A DNA stretch of 64,000 nt from Candidatus Woesearchaeota archaeon (GCA_043803105.1 JAZDKJ010000012.1:118150-182149); one strand, 5' to 3'. Shown: positions 36,476-46,272, counted from the first letter of the stretch. Notes: generated from the letters alone by a model not told the origin. Numbers and translations: made by a program.

Positions 36476-38893
36476 TTAGAAAGAGATCTCAGTCTCAAAT
36501 TCATCTTTTGCGTTCTTGTCAAGTTCCTTGTACACTATGTCTTCTGCTACTGTTGCGCCTTTTATATCTCCTATGATTTTCTCAAACTCTTCTTTCTTTA
36601 GTTTAGCCCTTATCACTAGCTTTGTTATCGGCTTTTTGAGGCTGTAACTCTTTTCTGATTTTGCCTTTCTTGTCATTCCGACTATATCGACTGCAAGGTC
36701 CCCAATCTGCTCTGCCTTGTCGTTGATCAGGTTGTCATTATATACAGGCCATCCTGATATGTGTATGCTCTTTTTTTTCTCTTTGTCTGCATAGTGCATC
36801 TGGTAGATCTCTTCTGTGATATGTGGCATTATGGGTGCAATGAGTTTTATTATTGTAAGTGCTACGTTATAGAGAGTGTATTGTGCTGACCTTCTTGCCT
36901 CTTCCCCTCTTTGCTCCTTGTTGTACAACCGGTCTTTGCATATCTCCAGGTAGTTGTCGCAGAATTGGTGCCAGAAGAATTTCTCTACCTCCTGTTTTGT
37001 TGTAGAGTACTCATAATCCCGAAATCCTTCGTTGCATCTCTTGATTAGCCTGTTCATTTTTGAGATTATCCATTTGTCCATTGCTTCAAGCTCAGGCTTT
37101 TTGCCATCATAGTCTTCTAGGTTCATTATTGTGAACTTGCTCGCATTCCATAGCTTCACTACCATCCTTCTGCCTGATACCAGCTCTTTTTCCACAAAGG
37201 GTACATCATCCCCCAGCTTTGTTGAGGCTGCCCAGAATCTTAGGCAGTCTGCTCCGTATTTCTCGATTACCTCCATCGGCTCGACTATGTTACCTTTGCT
37301 CTTGCTCATCTTTTCTCCCTTGGCATCCATCACATATCCGTTAATCATTACATCTTTCCAAGGAAGCTGGCCTTCGTGCAACAGGCTCTTAACAACTGTG
37401 TTGAATAGCCAGAATGTTATTATGTCATGTCCGTTGCTACGCAAAGACATCGGGAAGACTCGCTTGAAAAGTTTTTCATCTTCCTTCCATCGTGCTGCTA
37501 TGAACGGTGTTAGGCTTGATGTTGCCCAAGTGTCCATTACATCTTTTTCTGGCTCAAATTCCCTGGAGCCACACTTGCATTCTTTTTTTGGCTTCTGTTC
37601 CATTGGGTCGACCGGCAGCTCTTCTTCCTCTGCCATCATTATCTCGTTGCATTTCTTGCAATACCATACTGGGAAAGGCACACCAAAAAATCTTTGTCTT
37701 GATATGCACCAGTCCCACTGCAAACCCTTTATCCAGTTGTCGTATCTCACCTTCATGTGTACAGGTCGCCAGTTGAGCTTTGCCCCTTCCTCTATAAAGT
37801 AATCTTTGAGGTCCAGGTATTTTATGAACCATTGTTTTGTTGTGAGGAACTCCACTTCTATGCCGCATCTTTCGTGAACATTCACCATATGCTTTATCGG
37901 CGTTTGCGTCAAGAGCAGTTTTTCATCCTTTAGGTCCTCTATGATGAGCTTTCTTGCAGTCTTTAGGCTTTGCCCTTCGTACTTTCCTGCAAGCTTGTTC
38001 ATTTTTCCGTCTTTTGTTATCGCGACTTTTTCAGGCAGGTTGTGCTTCATATACCATTCCATGTCTGTAACATCGCCAAATGTGCAGCACATTACTATTC
38101 CTGTTCCTTTTTCCCTGTCGACTTTTTCGTCCTCAAGTATTGGGACCTCATAATTGAATAACGGAACTAATGCTTTCTTGCCTTTGAGATGCTTGTACCT
38201 GTCATCTTCAGGATGGTAGAATATTGCGACGCAAGCCGGTAATAGTTCTGGCCTTGTGGTCGCTATTATCAAATCTTGGCCTGCAACCTTGAACACAACA
38301 TCATTAAAAAAGCTTGAAAGTTCCTTGTCCTGGAGTTCTACTTGTGCTATTGCTGTCTGGCATTCAGGGCACCACATTGTTGGTGCTTCCTTTAGGTATT
38401 CCCTTCCTTTCTTGTAAAGCTCAATGAAGCTTAATTGTGATATCCTTTGAACCCTTTTATCAATTGTCCTGTAGTTTATGCTCCAATCTGGGCTGATGCC
38501 TAATGAGCTCCATTGCTCCTTTAGTTCTTTTTCAGCCTCTTCTGTTTCTTTGAGGCATAGCTCTATGAATTCCTGCCTTTTCATGCTTGTAGCCTTGACA
38601 TTACGCTTTTTCTCCACAAATCTTTCTGTTGCGAGGCCATTGTCATCAAGGCCGAAAGGGTAGAATATGTTTTTTCCCTGCATCCTGTGAAATCTCATTA
38701 TGTAGTCTGCCTGCGAGTACGCTAATGCATGTCCTATGTGCATCTTTCCAGAAACAGTTGGCGGTGGAGTGTCGCAGCTGTAGATCTCTTTCTTGCTTGC
38801 CGGGTCGAATTTGTTTATCCCTTCCTCTTCCCAGTACCTCTGCCATTTCCTCTCAGCGTCCTTGAAATCATACTCTTTAGGCAGCTCTTTCAT
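36476..38893 (-). CDS. valS: Valyl-tRNA synthetase (archaeal type)
   Basis: 'DTPPPTVSG', HIGH, 'TTRPELL', 'WCISRQR', KMSKS. Confidence 0.96.
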   Translation of the reverse strand: MKELPKEYDFKDAERKWQRYWEEEGINKFDPASKKEIYSCDTPPPTVSGKMHIGHALAYSQADYIMRFHRMQGKNIFYPFGLDDNGLATERFVEKKRNVKATSMKRQEFIELCLKETEEAEKELKEQWSSLGISPDWSINYRTIDKRVQRISQLSFIELYKKGREYLKEAPTMWCPECQTAIAQVELQDKELSSFFNDVVFKVAGQDLIIATTRPELLPACVAIFYHPEDDRYKHLKGKKALVPLFNYEVPILEDEKVDREKGTGIVMCCTFGDVTDMEWYMKHNLPEKVAITKDGKMNKLAGKYEGQSLKTARKLIIEDLKDEKLLLTQTPIKHMVNVHERCGIEVEFLTTKQWFIKYLDLKDYFIEEGAKLNWRPVHMKVRYDNWIKGLQWDWCISRQRFFGVPFPVWYCKKCNEIMMAEEEELPVDPMEQKPKKECKCGSREFEPEKDVMDTWATSSLTPFIAARWKEDEKLFKRVFPMSLRSNGHDIITFWLFNTVVKSLLHEGQLPWKDVMINGYVMDAKGEKMSKSKGNIVEPMEVIEKYGADCLRFWAASTKLGDDVPFVEKELVSGRRMVVKLWNASKFTIMNLEDYDGKKPELEAMDKWIISKMNRLIKRCNEGFRDYEYSTTKQEVEKFFWHQFCDNYLEICKDRLYNKEQRGEEARRSAQYTLYNVALTIIKLIAPIMPHITEEIYQMHYADKEKKKSIHISGWPVYNDNLINDKAEQIGDLAVDIVGMTRKAKSEKSYSLKKPITKLVIRAKLKKEEFEKIIGDIKGATVAEDIVYKELDKNAKDEFETEISF

Positions 38894-38997
38894 GCTCGCA
38901 ATGTGTTCCCTGAGACTATTTAAATCTTTAGGAATGGACTTTAGTGTAACTTCTAGGACAAACCTTTTTAAGCACCATTTTGTATTCCAGCTTGAAA

Positions 38998-40485
38998 ATG
39001 CTTGAGCAAATCCTTTATCACAGCACCAATCGCAACCTCTCTTTGGAGCAACTGAAAGTTATCAAGGATATTGATCCAAACATTAAGGGTGCGTTCAAGG
39101 ACTTAGTCACTTTCAAAGACACGATTTTGTGGGGTCAATCCCCGGATACAGGACTTTTTAATCCTGTACGCTTGCCAACTATCTCCCTAGAAGAGATTTC
39201 CTCACTCAAAGGGAAGCCACCCTCTGACACAGGTTATTTGATACTGAGAAAATTCTTAACAGAAGAAGAGATGCCTGATGCTGTTCTTCGTAAGTTGTGC
39301 AAGGAGGCTTTCAATTTTGAATATCCTCTTGAGCATCTTGAAGATCGCAAGTTTCTGCTGATGCACACTAAAAGCCCTACTGGCGACTTCAAGAATACTG
39401 GAGCCCGGGCAAACGCAAGGTTTTTGTCATATTTTATGGAGCCTGGCATGATTTACATTAGGAACACTATCACTTCAGGCGATACAGGTGGTGCTGTTGG
39501 CCTTGCTGATTATCTGATTCGTCACTTGATATCTGTCATTTGGTATCCCAAAGATTACATAAGCAAGGTACAGAAGTATATTATTGACAGGATTGGGGGA
39601 AATGTATATGCACTGGCTGTGGAGGGTGTTGACTTCACCCCTATACAAGACCAGATTGGCAAGGCACTCTTGGCAGATTCTGACTTGAGACAAGAGTTGT
39701 TGGAGATGAAGGTTGGACTTACCTCAGGTAACTCGATCAATTGGGGTAGGGTCTTGCCGCAACTTATTCACTTTGTTCACGCTTACGCGCAATTGGCAAG
39801 TCCTGTTGGTGAGCCTGCGATTTTTTCAACACCTCTTGGCAATATGGGTCATGGCTTGGCAGGAGATATTGCGCGCCGTATGGGCCTTCCAATTTTCTCG
39901 GTGTGGCCGACCAACGAGAATGATCCATTTCCAAGGTATCTGCAAACAGGCGTCTACAAGCCGTTAACTGCAGAGCAGGTTAACCTGAAATGCAAGTCCA
40001 ATTCAATGATTGTGAAAAACCCAAGCAATGCGGCAAGGCTGTTTGATTTTGAAGGTGGCAATGTTGACAAGGATGGCAGGGTGAATGGATATCCTTCCTT
40101 GCCAGGCATACAGAAACACATTTATTCTGCTAAGGTGATGATGGGTGAAGAAGATGAGGCAATAAAATATGTCTTCAAGCAGTATGGAATCCATATTGAC
40201 CCGCACGGTGCTTGTGCATTCCACGGGTTTATGGATTTTGCCAACAAGGAGAAACTTGCAAAGGATATGCTTTCTATCATTCAGGTAACTGCACATCCTT
40301 ACAAGTATGAAGACCACGTCCGAGAACTGACTGGCGAAGCTCCTAAGAAGCCCGAGCAGTTCGAATGGTTTGATAATAGACCTGAAAGCTGCAAGATAAT
40401 GCCGTTTGATTATGCTGTGGCCCGGCAATTCATTCTTGACCTTGCCTATAAGCAGAGGCAAATAGAGAATCGTCTTCATGCATAA
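38998..40485 (+). CDS. thrC: Threonine synthase-like PLP enzyme (divergent)
   Basis: 'YHSTN', 'SPTGDFK', 'TSGDTG', 'NSINWGR', 'TNEND', 'IDPHGA', 'TAHPYK'. Confidence 0.8.
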   Translation: MLEQILYHSTNRNLSLEQLKVIKDIDPNIKGAFKDLVTFKDTILWGQSPDTGLFNPVRLPTISLEEISSLKGKPPSDTGYLILRKFLTEEEMPDAVLRKLCKEAFNFEYPLEHLEDRKFLLMHTKSPTGDFKNTGARANARFLSYFMEPGMIYIRNTITSGDTGGAVGLADYLIRHLISVIWYPKDYISKVQKYIIDRIGGNVYALAVEGVDFTPIQDQIGKALLADSDLRQELLEMKVGLTSGNSINWGRVLPQLIHFVHAYAQLASPVGEPAIFSTPLGNMGHGLAGDIARRMGLPIFSVWPTNENDPFPRYLQTGVYKPLTAEQVNLKCKSNSMIVKNPSNAARLFDFEGGNVDKDGRVNGYPSLPGIQKHIYSAKVMMGEEDEAIKYVFKQYGIHIDPHGACAFHGFMDFANKEKLAKDMLSIIQVTAHPYKYEDHVRELTGEAPKKPEQFEWFDNRPESCKIMPFDYAVARQFILDLAYKQRQIENRLHA

Positions 40486-40517
40486 TCTTTTATAGTCTCA
40501 GGACATTTTGTCTTCTC

Positions 40518-40838
40518 ATGAACATACAGAAGTTTGAGGATCATTATAAGGTAAAGAGCGAGTCCTCAAATCGTTGGTATGAGGTCTTTCCTGACCGTCC
40601 TTTCTGCACCTGCCCTAGTTTCATCTTCTACTCAACCAAGAAAGGCGGTGTCTGCAAACACATCAAAGCAGTCCAGGAGCAGACCTTAAAGGTCGATCCT
40701 GGCGTTGTGGATTATGTAAGGCAAAAAGGTGAGGTTGACAGTCTGCAACTCATTGAGAAGTTTGGCGAGGAAAAGGTCAATGCCTGCATAGCGAGCGGTG
40801 AGCTGTTAGAATCAAAAGGAAGGATTAAACTACTCTGA
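40518..40838 (+). CDS. SWIM zinc-finger protein
   Basis: 'CTCPSF...VCKHIKAV'. Confidence 0.85.
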   Translation: MNIQKFEDHYKVKSESSNRWYEVFPDRPFCTCPSFIFYSTKKGGVCKHIKAVQEQTLKVDPGVVDYVRQKGEVDSLQLIEKFGEEKVNACIASGELLESKGRIKLL

Positions 40839-40873
40839 ATCGTAATAATTCATCTCTAATCTCGGATTTATTT

Positions 40874-41284
40874 TCATGTGTTTTTCCCATAAAAATTTAT
40901 CATAAAAGTGTATTCAGTCCGTCCAATCTTATTGCCTCTAACATTCCTACATTCACTGGATTCATACTCCGCATGAGATATTTCATAAGCATGTGTACAC
41001 AAGCAGTCTACACTAAGTGCCTTTGGCTCCATCCCTTCCTTTCTCATTTCTCTGATTCTGTTTACTAGGCTTAGGAAAAGGCTATCACCATATCCAAATA
41101 TGAAGGGCAAAGGTTCTTCAGTACACAACCCCCACATTCTCTTATCAAATACAGAACCTAGATACACTCTGCCAATTGCATCTTGTGTTGTTATAAGTTT
41201 AAGATTTATTCTGTTTCGTCTCTCGTATAAGCTATTAACTGTTCTAAGGCTGGTTCTAAATTTCTCGAATTCTTTATCATTCAA
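40874..41284 (-). CDS. Hypothetical protein (paralog of 41281-41667)
   Basis: TTG 41284 overlaps upstream TGA; shares 'KEF', 'TT...GxVYLG', 'INFYG'. Confidence 0.65.
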   Translation of the reverse strand: MNDKEFEKFRTSLRTVNSLYERRNRINLKLITTQDAIGRVYLGSVFDKRMWGLCTEEPLPFIFGYGDSLFLSLVNRIREMRKEGMEPKALSVDCLCTHAYEISHAEYESSECRNVRGNKIGRTEYTFMINFYGKNT

Positions 41285-41667
41285 TTTATTCTTCCTCCGT
41301 AGAAATTGATGTTGTAAGCGTACCAGTGAATAAAATCGGCCCAATTGCCCGCTTCCTTGAATTCCAGACTGAATTTGGTTGGATTCTGTCCTTCTGTTCT
41401 CAAGTCTGCAATAGCGTCTCCAATCTTTCGAAATATGCTACCACCTTTGTAATCATCCACCAATGCGTCTGTGAAATCCCTGTAAGGATGATCATACATA
41501 TCTCTAAGTCTAAACTCAACTACATCCATGATTCCACCAAGGTAAACCATTCCTCTGGCCCCCTCTGTTGTGACCAGTTCAATGTCCACCTTCTTCCAAT
41601 CAAGATGGTTCCACCGGTCCATTTCTCTTATTTCTTTTCGCAAAATGCCAAATTCCTTAGGGTTCAT
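41281..41667 (-). CDS. Hypothetical protein
   Basis: 128-aa ORF with ATGA overlap to upstream gene; paralog of downstream gene. Confidence 0.7.
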   Translation of the reverse strand: MNPKEFGILRKEIREMDRWNHLDWKKVDIELVTTEGARGMVYLGGIMDVVEFRLRDMYDHPYRDFTDALVDDYKGGSIFRKIGDAIADLRTEGQNPTKFSLEFKEAGNWADFIHWYAYNINFYGGRIN

Positions 41668-42338
41668 TTTCCTTTTCCTTTCTCTTCTTGCTTTTTATCA
41701 TCTAATTTTCCAAAGTTAAAGTCCACCTTTAAGTATAGTAACCTGTTGTCCTTGTTGTGCACGTCTATTCCATAGTGTCCGATAATGCAGATATTTTTGG
41801 TTATGGAATACATTGCAAATGGGCCAATATAGTCAAATCCTGTTCTATCTTTGTAAGCGTATTTTCCCAGGTCCCAGGCTCCAAAACTTAGTTTGTTTGT
41901 CAAGTCAACCATGAGGTAAGGATTGTAGCTAATGTGCTCCTTGCTCTTTTTATCTAATCCAAAATATTGGTTTGCCTTAAGCCCAAGATGCAAAAACTTT
42001 GCTATTCTCTGGTCTGCTTCGAATGCAGCTCCCAGATGCACAGTATCTTTGAGGTCAGTTTTTACGTCTGCATAAATTATTAGCTTTAGGTCCTTCTCCT
42101 GAATATATTTGCCAATATCAGTTCCTACAAGGAACTCAAGGTCGCCGGCTTGCTTGTTTCCTGTCTTGTTGTAGCTCTGCTTGAGCTTGACTCTTAACCC
42201 AGCCTCCTTATCATCATAAGTGACCTGCGGAATTCCTGAGAAAGTGGTTTCTGCAAGCACATGTGATGTATTATAGAGTGTACAAAGCAATCCTACCCTT
42301 CCCACGAATCTTCCCAATTTTCGTTTTACGTTAAGCAT
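41664..42338 (-). CDS. Secreted protein with beta-barrel-like strand pattern
   Basis: Signal-like N-terminus ending VLA|E; alternating amphipathic strands ending 'LYLKVDFNF'. Confidence 0.65.
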   Translation of the reverse strand: MLNVKRKLGRFVGRVGLLCTLYNTSHVLAETTFSGIPQVTYDDKEAGLRVKLKQSYNKTGNKQAGDLEFLVGTDIGKYIQEKDLKLIIYADVKTDLKDTVHLGAAFEADQRIAKFLHLGLKANQYFGLDKKSKEHISYNPYLMVDLTNKLSFGAWDLGKYAYKDRTGFDYIGPFAMYSITKNICIIGHYGIDVHNKDNRLLYLKVDFNFGKLDDKKQEEKGKGK

Positions 42339-42348
42339 TTATTATCAC

Positions 42349-42360
42349 TACTATATAGTA
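42349..42360. promoter_or_regulatory. Palindromic operator TACT-ATAT-AGTA in divergent TrmB promoter
   Basis: Perfect 12-bp palindrome next to 'CAAACCTATAAATA'. Confidence 0.55.
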
Positions 42361-42403
42361 ATAGCAAACCTATAAATATTGTTGCAACCTCCTTAGTAGG
42401 TTA

Positions 42404-43153
42404 ATGGACATAAAATTTGCTTTGCAGGAATTTGGGCTCACTGAAAAAGAGATCAGAGTGTACGTAAAGCTCCTCGAATTAGGCTCAGCCACCTCAGGAG
42501 AATTGATGAAGGTCCTAAGCCTTTACAGTAAGACTGCCTATGAGATTCTAGACCGGCTGATTGAGAAAGGTCTTGTGAGCTATGTTGTCTCTTCCAACAT
42601 CAAGCACTTTGAAGCTGCAACGCCTGAAAAGTTCCTGGACATCCTTTCTGAGGAAGAATCTAAACTGAAAAGAAGGGAAGCTTCCATTAAGGACATAATA
42701 CCGGCTTTGTTATCTCAAAGAAAGCTTGGACGCGACCCACAGGAAGCGACAATCTACAAAGGAAAGAACGGGTTAAAGTCAGTTTTCGATGATGTCCTGA
42801 AAGGAAGAGGCGAGGTGTTGGTTTTTGGTGCTGGTGGTAAGTTCAAAGCCACTTTAGGCTCTTATTCAGATTTGTGGCATAAAAAAAGAGCGAAGCTGGG
42901 AATACCCCTAAGGGTCCTTTGGAACGAAAACCTCAGAAGCAGAACAGATTATCTTAAACAGTTTGGTTTGATCAGTGTAAGATTTCTTCCCAAGGAATTT
43001 GACAACCCTGCACCTGCCTTAATTTATCGTGACAAGGTGGCAATCATGATATGGAGTGAAACACCTATCATCACTTTGCTGAGAAGCAAAGAAGTAGCAA
43101 ACACATTTAGAAGTTATTTTGATACCATTTGGCGTAAGATTGCAAAGATTTAG
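42404..43153 (+). CDS. TrmB-family transcriptional regulator
   Basis: 'FGLTEKEIRVYVKLL', 'YEILDRLIEKGLV', 'IYKGKNGLK', 'IYRDKVAI', 'FRSYFDTIW'. Confidence 0.88.
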   Translation: MDIKFALQEFGLTEKEIRVYVKLLELGSATSGELMKVLSLYSKTAYEILDRLIEKGLVSYVVSSNIKHFEAATPEKFLDILSEEESKLKRREASIKDIIPALLSQRKLGRDPQEATIYKGKNGLKSVFDDVLKGRGEVLVFGAGGKFKATLGSYSDLWHKKRAKLGIPLRVLWNENLRSRTDYLKQFGLISVRFLPKEFDNPAPALIYRDKVAIMIWSETPIITLLRSKEVANTFRSYFDTIWRKIAKI

Positions 43154-43617
43154 TTGATTTCAAACCCAATCTCAAGTTCTTTCTTTGCTTCTCGAAATCT
43201 TGTCTTTCTTATACTAAGCACACCTATTTCTCCAGTCATCTTTGTGTGCTGCCCAATGCAGCAGTTTACATTCCAATCAGGTATATAGATTACTGTCAGG
43301 TTTCGTATGTGTGCAGGAACAGGAAACTTGTCATACATTGCATTCCCGAATCTTTGCTCTGCCTCTGTTCTTTCAAGTTTTAATGTTTGTATCTCGGCAT
43401 TCTCCCTGATTTTATCAGCTGCCAGCCCTTCTATCCTCGCATTCTCCTCTTCAGTTATATCCCTGTCAAACTCTACTGTGAGCCTTCCCATGTTTCCTTC
43501 CTGCCAGACTCCAGTAGTGATCGTTGCTCCGGTCACTTTCTGTACAGCACCTTTCAAAACGTGCAAAGCAGAGTCTATTTTTGGATTTATGATCATATTG
43601 TCAGTCAAGTAATCCAT
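43150..43617 (-). CDS. AlaX-S-like trans-editing protein
   Basis: 'SALHVLKGAV', 'DWNVNCCIGQHTKMTGEIG'; start may be 43596. Confidence 0.8.
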   Translation of the reverse strand: MDYLTDNMIINPKIDSALHVLKGAVQKVTGATITTGVWQEGNMGRLTVEFDRDITEEENARIEGLAADKIRENAEIQTLKLERTEAEQRFGNAMYDKFPVPAHIRNLTVIYIPDWNVNCCIGQHTKMTGEIGVLSIRKTRFREAKKELEIGFEIN

Positions 43618-43735
43618 AACATTTAAATAATTTGCCAGTCTACCATATGTTTATGGCTAGTAATCTTGATTTGGATTTATTCAATCGCACTAGTCAGAAG
43701 ATTTTTGGTTTTGGATATTTCTGCTATTTTTGGTA

Positions 43736-43795
43736 TTGAACAGGGCTGATTTTTAGAAGCCTTGGACAAACCGCTTCTAAAATTTCAGCCTTCAA
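43736..43795. repeat. Long imperfect inverted repeat
   Basis: GGCTGA-T-TTTTAGAAGC ... GCTTCTAAAA-TT-TCAGCC, extended by TTGAA/TTCAA. Confidence 0.65.
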
Positions 43796-43829
43796 CCATA
43801 ATAGTTGTATCCATAACCGGAGGACAAGA

Positions 43830-44135
43830 ATGGCAAAACACCATGGTGACACAAACAAAAAAGGTGTGGTAGACAGAAGGCTTCGCCCCATGTTGCAGTC
43901 TTTGGAGGAACTTCCAGAAGTTAAGAACTACAAAGTTCTCGGTAGCGGAGGTCATGGAAGCTCAAAACGCCAAATTATTGACATAAAGCCTGCATTCTAT
44001 GGGAATGTGCAGGTAGGCTACCTGGTAAGAGGCGGTTGCAATGGCAATGCAGCGACAATACAGGTTTTCCCAAATGGTCATTCAATGGAAGAGCTTTACA
44101 ACAGCTTAAGCAAACTTAAAGATAAATATAGCTAG
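43830..44135 (+). CDS. Hypothetical protein
   Basis: 101 aa, GGAGG SD upstream. Confidence 0.7.
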   Translation: MAKHHGDTNKKGVVDRRLRPMLQSLEELPEVKNYKVLGSGGHGSSKRQIIDIKPAFYGNVQVGYLVRGGCNGNAATIQVFPNGHSMEELYNSLSKLKDKYS

Positions 44136-44188
44136 ATTTCACATCAATTTAGCAAAAATTAAAATACCCTCCAAAGATACAAGGACTT

Positions 44189-44596
44189 ATGGATGAAAGA
44201 CCAAAGATTGGGGTAGGAGTTATTGTAAGGAAGGATGGTAAGGTGCTCATGGGCTTAAGAAAAAACAGCCATGGTGAAAGCACTTGGTGTTGTCCTGGCG
44301 GCCACCTCGAATTTGTAGAGTCAATTGAAGATTGTGCACGAAGAGAAGTGCTGGAAGAGACAGGCATCAAGATCAAGAACATCAAGTTCGGACCGTATAC
44401 CAATGACATTTTTGTTAAGGAGAAAAAGCATTATGTGACTCTTTGCGTTGTTAGTGATTATGATTCAGATGTGCTGAAGACTATGGAACCTGATAAATGC
44501 GAAAGGTGGGAATGGTTCTCTTGGGACAATTTACCCTCACCACTTTTTTTGCCAGAGAAAAACTGGCTGAAGCTCGGCTTTAATCCGTTCAAATGA
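44189..44596 (+). CDS. NUDIX hydrolase (NUDT15/MutT-like)
   Basis: Nudix box 'GGHLEFVESIEDCARREVLEETG'; 'EPDKCERWEW'. Confidence 0.92.
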   Translation: MDERPKIGVGVIVRKDGKVLMGLRKNSHGESTWCCPGGHLEFVESIEDCARREVLEETGIKIKNIKFGPYTNDIFVKEKKHYVTLCVVSDYDSDVLKTMEPDKCERWEWFSWDNLPSPLFLPEKNWLKLGFNPFK

Positions 44597-45357
44597 AACT
44601 CTCAATCAAGAACAGGAAGGGCCAGAAGATTGTGGTTCTTATCGATAAAGTCAAGAATCAAAGAGGTCTTGTCTTTGTAATGCATGGTCTTGGTGGCTTT
44701 AAGGAGCAACCCCATATTGTGGTTATGGCAGATGCATTCAAGGAAAATCTTTACACTGTGGTGCGTTTTGACACTACCAACACATTAGGGGAAAGTGACG
44801 GGAAATATGAAGACGCAACAGTAACAAATTACTTGGAAGATCTGGAGGATGTTATTGTCTGGTCAAATTCACAGGAGTGGTATGAGCAACCTTTTGTCCT
44901 GGCTGGCCACAGTCTCGGAGGCATTTGTACTGCTTTGTATGCGGAGGATCATCCTTCTCAAGTTAGGGCACTTGCTCCAATAAGCACTGTTGTTTCGGGA
45001 AAATTGAGTCTTCAAATAAAAGCAAAGGAAGAAATTGAAGACTGGGAACGAACCGGCTGGCAGATTAAACCTAGTGCTTCAAAACCTGGTACAGTCAAAC
45101 ATTTAAAATGGTCTCATATGATTGACAGAAACAAATATGACCTGCTGCCAAAGGCAGAAAAATTGACAATGCCTATCCTATTAATTGTTGGCGACAAGGA
45201 TGAAAGCACCCCGTTAGAACAGCAGAAGATTCTGTTTAACAAATTAAAGACCAGAAAAGAACTTCATATAATTAAGGATGCTCCTCATACCTACAAAGAA
45301 AAGGTGCACTTAGAACAGATAAAGTCAATTTTCGATGCCTGGATAAAGCAGCTCTAG
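44593..45357 (+). CDS. Alpha/beta hydrolase
   Basis: 'MHGLGG', GHSLG, 'GDKDEST', 'APHTY'. Confidence 0.9.
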   Translation: MKLSIKNRKGQKIVVLIDKVKNQRGLVFVMHGLGGFKEQPHIVVMADAFKENLYTVVRFDTTNTLGESDGKYEDATVTNYLEDLEDVIVWSNSQEWYEQPFVLAGHSLGGICTALYAEDHPSQVRALAPISTVVSGKLSLQIKAKEEIEDWERTGWQIKPSASKPGTVKHLKWSHMIDRNKYDLLPKAEKLTMPILLIVGDKDESTPLEQQKILFNKLKTRKELHIIKDAPHTYKEKVHLEQIKSIFDAWIKQL

Positions 45358-45429
45358 CTTCAGGAAAACCAATACATTTATATACAAAAATGGTTACTTC
45401 TCAGTAATAACAATCAAGGGGGAATAAAA

Positions 45430-45741
45430 ATGGTCACAGCACCCATTGTCGAAAAAAGAACAATCAAATCTTTCAACAAGTTAAAGTCAGACATACAGAA
45501 GGTATCAGTCTGGATTTCCTGGAACAGGAGAGAGCACGAATTGTTAAAGGAAAGGATTGCTGCATTAGAGGTGCAGCTCGAACTCTCAAAGTTCAAGTAT
45601 ATCGCTTCAACAACCTCAAAAAAGGTTCATAACCCTAATTGTGTGCACGTGAAGAAGATTTCTGGCGAGAACAGGCAGTATTTTGAGATCTTGACAGACG
45701 CAAGAAAGCTTGGCTACTCATTTTGTGAGTGCACTGCCTGA
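45430..45741 (+). CDS. Coiled-coil protein with Ada-like metal-binding domain
   Basis: 'YIASTTSKKVHNPNC...GYSFCEC'. Confidence 0.7.
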   Translation: MVTAPIVEKRTIKSFNKLKSDIQKVSVWISWNRREHELLKERIAALEVQLELSKFKYIASTTSKKVHNPNCVHVKKISGENRQYFEILTDARKLGYSFCECTA

Positions 45742-45748
45742 GGGTCTG

Positions 45749-46252
45749 ATGTATTGTGAGAATATTGAATTGGCCGCAAACTCAGTCAATCCCTTGCGGG
45801 TTATGAATCCTCTGGTAGATGTAATCAGTGCTGTCCAAATTCAACCTTCAACAGAGATTGGGCTTGACAGTGTCATTGACAGGCCTGAGATCATCAATCC
45901 CGAGCCCTCAATTGCCCTTACTACCGCCTATCTTGTACTTCTTGATGGTTACGCTGCAACCTTGCCTGCAGTTGAAAGGCCTAGCTGGATTAAGACTATG
46001 CTTGCAGTCAGAGATCGGTCTTTTGACACAATACCTTTGCATTTCAAGAACCGTTACCGGAGGTTAAAGTTCTTCGGTGATTGCCATGCTGGATTGACCT
46101 TCGCGGATTTGTTTGATAAGAGCTCCTCGGTTAAGAATGTAGCACACTTAGCCAACTGCTATCCTAGTTGGGATTATTACATTGTCACAGTCAAAAAGCC
46201 AGACGCAATGAAGTGTTTTATCCATTACTTTGAGCGTAATCAGCAAGTTTAA
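45749..46252 (+). CDS. Hypothetical protein
   Basis: ORF filling the gap before rfcL; no motif recognised. Confidence 0.55.
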   Translation: MYCENIELAANSVNPLRVMNPLVDVISAVQIQPSTEIGLDSVIDRPEIINPEPSIALTTAYLVLLDGYAATLPAVERPSWIKTMLAVRDRSFDTIPLHFKNRYRRLKFFGDCHAGLTFADLFDKSSSVKNVAHLANCYPSWDYYIVTVKKPDAMKCFIHYFERNQQV

Positions 46253-46272
46253 TATATCCTCGTTTCTTCTCT

